Positions 1-10,000 of a stretch of 64,000 bases of DNA are shown in pieces. Positions within the stretch are counted from its first letter, which is position 1. Each line of letters starts with the position of its first letter. The notes under the pieces were generated by a model. That model saw only the letters and a list, made by a program, of their open reading frames with translations. It had not been told where the DNA came from and made no database searches. Origin of the DNA: Malacoraja senta (taxonomy: Eukaryota); the NCBI GenBank assembly GCA_038087875.1, contig CM075991.1, positions 12,836,001 to 12,900,000 of the forward strand, given 5' to 3'. Position numbers and translations under genes: made by a program.

Positions 1-22
1 TACGACTTTTCTAAGCTGCCTA

Positions 23-60
23 CTGAGACACTGGCTTCTCTGTAATACACCAAGTCTCAG
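23..60 (-). promoter_or_regulatory. MAT2A 3' UTR METTL16 hairpin (distal cluster)
   Basis: CUGAGAC-UUGGUGUAU-UACAGAGAA-GCCAGU-GUCUCAG; nonamer at 36-44, 7-bp closing stem. Confidence 0.9.
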
Positions 61-108
61 AATAAATAGGAACACAATATTATTCAAGTATGAAGGTTAG
101 ATTCCTGG

Positions 109-162
109 AGCCATCGTTTTACTGGCTTCTCTGTATCGACACCAGTTTAATTAACAATGGCT
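109..162 (-). promoter_or_regulatory. MAT2A 3' UTR METTL16 hairpin (distal cluster)
   Basis: AGCCAUUGUU..ACUGGU-GUCGA-UACAGAGAA-GCCAGU..AACGAUGGCU; nonamer at 127-135. Confidence 0.9.
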
Positions 163-900
163 GAATGGCTTCATTTGTCAGAAACCCAGGAGCTCATTGT
201 GCAGTTATGGATATTTCCTTAAAGATAAAAAAAAAATACCAAAGTGTGCAACTTGCAGGCCTTGGAAGCAGCCCTTGACTTGTTAATCAAGGCCACAAGA
301 GCCCGTTCAAAAAATAAGTTTAAAAAACGAGGTTTGGCTAGTGCAGAAACAACGATGCATAGCTTGTTGTTAATTCCTTTGAAAACCCTTTTGCTGTTTA
401 AAAATCATTACGTACGTCCTCAAAGAAAATAGGGGTTGGTAAGAGAATTTTAAACTCCACACTGCTAATCCCAAAACAGGACTGCATGAGAGTCAGGACA
501 TTGAAATTACACTGACGGGCCAGGGCTACACAATAAGCACCATCACTGGAAGTGCCCCAATGTTTGGGTCAAGCACTGACAATAGTTTAGAACCAAGCAA
601 GACTACAAGTTTTGATTAAGGAGTGGTGTGTAAAGCAGGTCTTGCAGACTCGGGTTACAGTTGTACTGGGAACATGTAGTGTCTGGTCACCCAAACCCAA
701 AAATTGATCCTCTGGTTTATGATCCTTTTCAACCCTCACCCTGAACAAAAAAACTACACATTAGCAAGGCAGTGGCTATCACAAGAGGGCTCGGGACAAA
801 CTCTGCGTGATAGGGGATGGGAGCAGAGGGAAGAACCAATAGATTTTTCCACTAGCAAATGGAGTTATGGTTATGGAGGACAGGTTATACAGAAGGGGGT

Positions 901-960
901 CTTTCTCCTCGAGATTCTGCAGCTTCTCTGTATTATACACCAACAGATCTGGGGAGAAAG
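901..960 (-). promoter_or_regulatory. MAT2A 3' UTR hairpin 1 (METTL16 substrate, hp1-equivalent)
   Basis: Sense RNA CUUUCUCC..AGAUCUGUUGGUGUAUAA-UACAGAGAA-GCUGCAGAAUCU..GGAGAAAG. Nonamer at 924-932 inside a long stem starting ~10 nt after the stop codon. Confidence 0.92.
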
Positions 961-969
961 ACTTTACAC

Positions 970-1072
970 TCAGCACTTAAGTTTTTTAGGCACTTCCCAG
1001 GGGAAGCTATCCCTACCGAAGTGGCCATAGGCTGCTGTCTTCTGGTAAATTGGCTTCTTCAAGTCCAGATCC
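970..1072 (-). CDS. MAT2A: MAT2A coding exon 9 (stop TGA at 970-972)
   Basis: [34 protein letters not shown]. Confidence 0.95.
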
Positions 1073-4000
1073 CTGGAAAACACATTCAAATGTGTTAAGT
1101 CTTCCAATCATCCAATTCTCCACTCCCCCATCTCATAGATACATAGAAAATAGGTGCAGTAGGCCATTCGGCCCTTCGAGCCTGCACCGCCATTCAATAT
1201 GATCATGGCTGATCATCCAACTCAGTATCCCGTACCTGCCTTCTCTCCATACCCCCTGATCCCATTAGCCACAAGGGCCACATCTAACTCCCTCTTAAAT
1301 ATAGCCAATGAACTGGCCTCAACTACCCTCTGTGGCAGAGAGTTCCAGAGATTCACCACTCTCTGTGTGAAAAAGTTTTTCCTCATCTCGGTCTTAAAGG
1401 ATTTCCCCCTCATCCTTAAGCTGTGACCCCTTGTCCTGGACTTCCCCAACATCGGGAACAATCTTCCTGCATCTAGCCTGTCCAACCCCATAAGAATTTT
1501 GTATGTTTCTATAAGATCCCCTCTCAATCTCCTAAATTCTAGCGAGTATAAGCCAAGTCTATCCAGTCTTTCTTCATATGAAAGTCCTGACATCTCAGGA
1601 ATCAGTCTGGTGAACCTTCTCTGCACTCCCTCTATGGCTACAATGTCCTTCCTCAGATTTGGAGACCAAAACTGTACGCAATACTCCACGTGTGGTCTCA
1701 CCAAGACCATGTACAACTGCAGTAGAACCTCCCTGCTCCTATACTCAAATCCTCTTGCTATGAAAGCCAACATACCATTCGCTTTCTTCACTGCCCACTG
1801 CACCTGCATGCCTACTTTCAATGACTGGTGTACCATGACACTCGGGTCTCGCTGCATCTCCCCATTTCCTAATCGGCCACCATTTAGATAATAGTCTGCC
1901 TTCCCGTTTTTGCCACCAAAGTGGATAACCTCACATTTATCCACATTATACTGCATCTGCCAAACATTTGCCCACTCACCCAGCCTATCCAAGTCACCTT
2001 GCAGTCTCCTAGCATCCTCCTCACAGCTAACACTGCCCCCCAGCTTAGTGTCATCCGCAAACTTGGAGATGCTGCTTTCAATTCCCTCATCCAGTTCATT
2101 AATATAAATTGTAAATAGCTGGGGTCCCAGCACTGAGCCTTGCGGTACCCCACTAGTCACTGCCTGCCATTGTGAAAAGGACCCGTTTACTCCTACTCTT
2201 TGCTTCCTGTTTGCCAGCCAGTTCTCTATCCACATCAATACTGAACCCCCAATACCGTGTGATTTAAGTTTGTATCCTAATCTCTTATGTGGTACCTTGT
2301 CGAAAGCCTTCTGAAAGTCCAGATACAACACATCCACTGGTTCTCCCCTATCCACTCTACTAGTTACATCCTCGAAAAATTCTATAAGATTCGTCAGACA
2401 CGATTTACCTTTCGTAAATCCATGCTGACTTTGTCCAATGATTTCACCACTTTCCAAATGTGCTGCTATCCCATCTTTAATAACTGACTAGCAGTTTCCC
2501 CACTACCGATGTTAGACTAACTGGTCTGTAATTCCCAGTTTTCTCTCTCCCTCCCTTCTTAAAAAGTGGGGTTACGTTTGCTACCCTCCAATCCTCAGGA
2601 ACTCTGGGATGCAGCCTATCTGGCCCTGGTGATTTATCGGCCTTTAATCCATTCAATTTACCCAACACCACTTCCCGACTAACCTGGATTTCACTCAGTT
2701 CCTCCATCTCCTTTGACCCACGGCCCCCTGCTATTTCCGGCAGATTATTTATGTCTTCCTTAGTGAAGACGGAACCAAAGTAGTTATTCAATTGGTCCGC
2801 CATATCCTTGTTCCCCATGATCAATTCACCTGTTTCTGACTGCAAGGGACCTACATTTGTTTTAACTAATCTCTTTCTCTTCACATATCTATAAAAACGT
2901 TTGCAGTCAGTTTTTATGTTCCCTGCCAGTTTCCTTTCATAATCTATTTTCCCTTTCCTAATTAAGCCCTTTGTCCTCCTCTTGCGGTCTCTGAATTTCT
3001 CCCAGTCCTCTGGTATGCTGCCTTTTCTGGCTAATTTGTACGCATCATCTTTTGCTTTGATACTATCCCTGATTTCCCTTGTTATCCACGGATGCACTAC
3101 CTTCCCTGATTTATTCTCAAGCTCACCACACTGTTACCACCCTACCCGTCTACTACCGACCAGTGTTTACCTGACAATAACACCAGGACGCAGATCAAAG
3201 TTTTTCTTCACAATGCTCAAAAGTTCCTTCTCGCTCATTTCAGATGTCCCATAGGAGAAAATGGATATGGACAAAGGGTGTGCAACTCCAATAGCATAGG
3301 ATACCTAAACAAACAGACAAAACATCCCATTAATGTCCAACATCACAATTACCTGTTACTTCCAAGTAGCGATAAGCAAATGATACAACATAGCACAAGA
3401 ATTTAACTTCTTCAGCCATTATGAGCCTTCTGATTCAGTGGATGATGCAGCTCTTATTTCCCAGCACACGCACCATGGATTAAACAAATTCTTTCAGGCA
3501 TGAATGTGCTATATTTGCAGAACAGATGGATGTAGGATCCTCAAACTGTCCAATAGTTTCGCCGTTGTATGGCTGCAGATTGATCATTTACTTATTAATT
3601 TCTCACCTCACTCACATTACCCCTTAAAAAGCACATTCTCACTTCTTCTCATTAGTTGTAATCATACAGCATAGAAACAGGCCTTTTGGCCCAACTTGCA
3701 ATGGCGACCAAGATGTCCGCCTGAACCACATTTAGCCCATATCCATCCAAACCTTTGTTATCCATGAACCTGTCCAAAGATAGTCACAAAGTGCTGGAGC
3801 AACTCAGCAGGCCAGACAGTTTGTAAGTTGCCCAGGCAAAATACGAGGTTGCCTCACTCTGGCAATGGAGGAGCCCCAGGGCAGAAAGGAGAGCATGGGA
3901 ATTATGAAGGGGTGCAGAAATAGTTGGCAACCGGAGATCCCTTAGGTGTCCCTCTCCAAATGTATTTTAAACATAGTAAAAATACATGCCCATACCACTT

Positions 4001-7000
4001 CCTCTTTATAGCCACCAACCTTGTGTGTGAAAACGTTGTACCTCAGGGTCCTTACTAACCTTTCCGCTCTCACCTTAAATCTATTCCCTCTACTTTTCAA
4101 TTCTCCTATCAGGGAAACCTCATCAACACCCCTTGGTTATATACCTCGTCACCCTTCAATCTCTTACACTTTACAGCCTATCTGTTCCAAGGATAATGAA
4201 GGAAAATACTACAAGTGTTGCTCATCCCACAATGTGCCTATTTCTTCTCATCACACACAATTACCAAGTGGATGTGATGAGCAAGGTTTTGTTGTTCAGT
4301 AATCCCCATTTTTTTGTCCAACTGCAGCTTAGATCAGAGCCCACGGTGTCACTCCTGACACGCAGCATTTCCATGTGGTTTACTTTAATGCTCTATGCAT
4401 CCGTCAGTGACTCACCTGTACAAGCACACGTCGGCACAGACCAGCTTTTACCAGAGACTTGGCAACCCATCGAGCAGCATAGGCAGCAGAACGATCCACC
4501 TTGGTGTAGTCCTTGCCAGAGAAAGCACCACCCCCGTGTGCACCCCATCCACCATAGGTGTCAACAATGATCTTTCGCCCAGTCAGGCCTGCATCTCCCT
4601 GTTTTGAAAGGCGTTTGGTTTTGAAGTTTTATTTAACATCAAAAAAAATGAACAGTTGTTAGTATTGTCACTAGAATTCGAGCTAGTGGAGCATGGTTCT
4701 ACTTTCCTTAAGTGAATGAATTTTAGTAAAGTACTGGCAGGTACTCAGTACACAAGACGAATTAGGACTCACTCAAAACTGAAGCACATTGCCAGTCAGT
4801 CATAAATCACCTTCTGGTTCAGAGAACTAAAGTTCCATCCAGTTCCATGTACTGCGCTTCAAAAAAAGACAGGAAGGCTTCTGTTTATGGAAAAAAGGAG
4901 GCGCAGAAGATATAGAAAAACATGTCACCGGGATGGGGAACAGTTACATGGATAGTGCGGCTGGGATTGATCTTTCCAAAAATCAATGGGTATGGTTAGT
5001 AGATAAAAATAAACTATTCAATTAGAAGAGGATCTAGATCCAATAGGACAAAGATCTAATGAAATTGGGAAAACAAATGGCAGGAGAATAAACATAATTT
5101 TAAGTCAGAAGTTCCCTGCCAGAGGTAGTCGTGATTTGCACTATTCAAAAAGGGGACTGGATAATTAAGAGGAATGCATATATAGGATTAGTGGTCTATC
5201 AAGAGAGCAAGTATGGATCCAACAGGCTCAATGTCACCTATTAGTCCCCATTTCCCTGCTATCAGTATACCTAGTGACAAAACTCCCACAGCTCTGGAAA
5301 TACAAGTAGCCATTGTAAAAGAAAGCAAACTTCCACTAATTTTAAATACTGCAAAATATGTCAGCATTCATAGTAAATCAAGATATCACTTTCAATAAAT
5401 GAACAAGGAACTTCACAACACTCAGAAAACAAACAGCCCCAAGCAAGCATTAAACCTCTATCCCAGGAACTTCCAGCAATCTAGGCCATGTGGAGGCAAC
5501 CCAGGCAGGGTGCCCTGTGCTTAAAGGAGACAGAAGATAATCGTTCTGCTCCTGGTTTCTATCCAGCAACCCTTCTCACAGGCAAGCACTGGGTGAAGAG
5601 AGTTTATCGGTAACGCTCTGAGATCCTACCAGTGACAAGTAACCTGGCTTAAAAGAAATAGCAGCGCCAAAATGAATAGACATGTGGCAAAAAGCAGTAG
5701 AAAACAAAAAATCTTGCAGCATGTTTGCAGACAGAAGCAGCAACGGCCAAATGCATGCAGAAAACCATGCTTCATGGGGCACAAGCTAATCTAAGATGCC
5801 ACTTCGGCTGCTTCAGAAGCCTTCAAACAAAGAACAACTGCTCTAGCCAACCTGTGGTCCACCAATAACAAAACGTCCACTGGGCTGCAGGTGGTAAATG
5901 GTCTCTTCATCCAAGTACTTGCTGGGCACAACCGCCTTGACCACTTTGTCCTTCAGAGCATCCCTCATCTCATCCAGCGGAACCTCCTCGTCGTGCTGCA
6001 CAGACACCACAACTGTGTGCACGCGGATGGGAATGACAGCACCGTGGTCCTGCAGGTACTGCACAGTCACCTGCAAAGCAGACGAGGACAAGTTTGATAG
6101 GTCAGACATTGGCATTTCTCTGGTATGGACTCACACACACACACAATACCCATCAGGTTTAACAGCAACTGGACAAAGGGGGATTGGCTGGGAGCGGGAG
6201 CACGAGCAGCTGATGGGAAGTGGCAGATTACACTAACAAGTTGGCAAAACCTTGAGATCAAGGACATATGATGCCACGGTGTGACAAGGAAGTAATAAGA
6301 ATGCAGAGAACTGCAGATGATGGACATAGATAGGCAATGTATCAGGTCAGGACTGAAGGGTGGCCTTCTGAAGAGGGACCTATCCATGTCTTCCAGAGAT
6401 GCTGCCTGACCTGCCGAGTTACACGCGGACATAAGGAACTGCAGGTGCTGGTTTAAAAATAAGACAAAGTGCTCATTGGGTTAGGCAGCATCTGTGGAGA
6501 ACATGGATAGGTGACACGTTTCCAGACTTGAGGTGAGAGCACCCGAGTGAGCATTAGCTGCTTCACACACTGCCTTCCCATGGTTCTGCTCAGCCACACA
6601 TCCGGAAAACAGAAAGGGGTGCTTGCAGCAACGGAGGGGTGTGACATAACCTGATTAAGTTTATCTCACTTCACATGAGCAACCAAATATACCTCATTGT
6701 TATAAATCCCCAAAATTCAGACCGATCTTATCTTAAGCCCCCGCTTCCTCCGAGAAATCACCTTCCGTAATCTAAAATCCATCAACCCCCACCATCTCTC
6801 TGACCTGCTCTCCACCACTCTCCCCCTGGACTCAACCCACATCTCACCTGATGATCTCACAAACCATCTCAATTCCAGCTTGTCAACCTCCCTTAACACT
6901 CTGGCCCCCCTCAAAACAAGAACCGTAACTTTTAATAAATCTTCACCCTGGTACACACCTGCACTTCGTAAGCTGAAACAGACTGGTCGCCGACTTGAAC

Positions 7001-10000
7001 GACTCATAAAGAAATCATCTCTCACAGTCCACCATGAAGCTTACAAACTCCACCTCACTGCCTACAAAGATGCCCTCATTGCTGCTAAATCTGCCTACCT
7101 CTCCTCCATATTCACTGACCCCTGCCTAAACCACAGAACCCTCTTCTCCAGTGTGCAACCTCCTCAAGCCTCGAGCCAACTCTCCCTACCTCCACTCCGG
7201 ATCTCTGCAACTCATTCCTCCACTTTTTCGCTGACAAAATCAGCACCATCTATCAATCTTTATCCCCTGTACCCGACTCCCCAGCATCTACTCCACCACC
7301 TACCAAGGCCCCTCCTTTCAACATCTCCACTGACCTCCTTACCCCTCCTCCACACTGCTTCCTCTCCCAGTTTGACCCGGTCACCCCTACTGAAATCTCC
7401 AAACTCATCAGCTCTTCCAAACCCACTACCTGCTCCCTCGACCCTCTCCCCTGCTGAAGTCCTGCCTCCCCGCTCTCTGCCCCAACCTCACTAATCTCTT
7501 CAACTCCTCATTGTCCCCTCTGCTTTCAAAACTGCTGCTGTCACACCAATCTTAAAGAAACCTGGTCTTGATCCCTCCTCTCTCATTAACTACCGCCCTA
7601 TCTCAAACCTCCCCTTTCTTTCAAAAACCCTGGAGCATATCGTTGCGTCACAACCTCATTCCCACCTCCTCGCGTATAACCTATTCGAACCCCTCCAATC
7701 TGGCTTTCGCCCCCTCCATAGCACAGAAACTGCTCTCCTCAAAGTCCTCAACGACCTCCTCACCTCTGCTGACACTGGTTCCCTCAACATCCTCATCCTC
7801 CTCGACCTGAGTGCAGCCTTCGATACCGTGAACCATAACATCCTGCTTACCAGACTTAAAGACCGTGGCATTGAAGGTTCTGCACTCAGCTGGCTCCGTT
7901 CCTACCTTTCCAACCGATCCCACTTCATCTCTCTCCATAACCACACCTCTGCCACAGCCACTCAAGGCGTTCCCCAAGGCTCCGTTCTCGGTCCCCTCCT
8001 CTTCATCATCTACATCCTCCCCCTTGGTCATATACTCCGTCACTTCAACCTGGACTTCCATTGCTATGCTGATGACACCCAGATTTATCTCAGCACCAAG
8101 TCCCCCCCACCACCCCCCTCTCCCATATCAACTCCTGCCTGACAGCCATCAAATCTTGGATGCAACTCAACTTCCTTAAATTAAACAGTAACAAAACAGA
8201 ATTTCTCCTCATTGGCTCCAAATCAACACTTACCAAAATTAACAACCCCACTCTCACTATTGACGGCACCACTGTCTCCCCATCTCCTCAGGCCCGCAAC
8301 CTTGGCGTGATCTTTGACTCAACCCTCTCCCTTGAGCCTCACATCCGCCATGTTGTCAAAACATCATTTTTTCACCTCCGCAACATTGCCAAAATCAGAC
8401 CCTCTCTCACACCCCCCGCTGCTGAAACTCATCCATGCCTTCATCTCCTCCCGACTGGACTACTGTAACTCTCTTCTCTTTGGCATTAATTCCAGCAACA
8501 TCAACTGGTCCAGAATGCAGCCGCCCGACTCATCACCCACACCAAATCCTGGCACCACATCACCCCAGTTCTCAAAGAACTTCACTGGCTTCCCATTTCC
8601 CACCAGATCATCTACAAAATCCTGGTCCTCACCTACAAAGCCCTCAACCACTTGGCCCCCCCTTATCTCACTGACCTCCTCTCCCCCTACCAACCCTCAC
8701 GGTCCCTTAGATCCACATCAGCCGGTCTCCTCTCCATTGCGAAATCCAACCTCTGCACTTTTGGAGACAGAGCCTTCTCCAGGGCAGCTCCCAGGCTCTG
8801 GAACTCCCTCCCACAATTGATCCGAAATTCTGAGTCCCTCACCATCCTCCAGTCCCGCCTCAAGACCCATCTCTTCACCTCTGCATACCCTTAGTCCCAT
8901 GTCCCCCCTCCCCTTTGCATCTCTGTTTTACTGCTCTATTTTGTTTTGTTTTTGACTCTCCATGTAAAGCGGCTTTGAGTCCTTGAAAAGCGCTATACAA
9001 ATAAAATGTATTATTATTATTATCTCACCTGTGTCTTGCTGTCTGGCCGGAGCCAGGGCAGAGCGCCATTACGGCGCAGCTCTGCCATTTTAGCATTCAG
9101 TTTGTGAGCAAGAACAATGGTCAGGGGCATACACTCCTCAGTCTCATCTGTGGCGTAACCAAACATTAGACCCTGGGTAAAGAAAAGCGATTGAGAAGTC
9201 AGTTTTGGAACAACAGAAATGGTAAACAAATAGTTTGCAAACATTGACAAACTGGTCTTACTTGATCACCAGCACCGATATCCTCTTCATTCCTGTCCAA
9301 ATGAACACCTTGTGCAATATCTGGAGACTGTTGCTCCAAAGCAACCAGAACATTGCAGGTCTTGTAGTCAAATCCTGTAACACATGTTCATTGTCACTAC
9401 ACAGCTAACACACGCCAACCAAAGCAGTCCGGCATACCCACATAGTGACGTACCTTTTGATGAATCATTGTACCCGATATGTTTAATAGTATCTCGTACG
9501 ACTTTCTGGTAGTCAACAGCAGCCCTAGAGGTAATCTCACCGCACAGCAGAATCATACCAGTTTTTGCAACAGTCTCTGCAAAAGAAGAGGCCTGTTATA
9601 ATTCACAAGAAGTGCAAAGATAAATAATGGGATTGTTATTTTCTCTACACTACGAATATTCCCAAATTAAGAAAATATTGGAGAAAGAATATTTTGAACG
9701 GTATTAGGAAATATGGGTTGTTTAAAAACACGAGTGCTGCATACCTTAAAAACACAACAAACAGAATCCAAACAGATTTTAATGATTTATATGACTTGAT
9801 AATTGGGCATGTCATTTCAAACTTTTCAATGTACATTTCAAACTGTCTAAATGTAGTTTAAAAATAAAACAATTGTGACTGTACATAATTTATTAACATA
9901 ATCAGCTTCTCATTTCTGACATTAAATCTTACCACATGCAACTTTGGCATCCGGGTCTTGTTTGAGATGGGCATCCAATACAGCATCACTAATCTGATCA

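Noticed and set aside
5587..5640. Hairpin followed by ACA-nnn, resembling an H/ACA snoRNA 3' half
   Set aside because: The ACA is on the strand antisense to the host gene and there is no ANANNA H box
9570..9582. Possible worm-style METTL16-controlled acceptor (UACAG|A) at MAT2A exon 3
   Set aside because: The site reads uuugcag|AGAC and lacks UACAG
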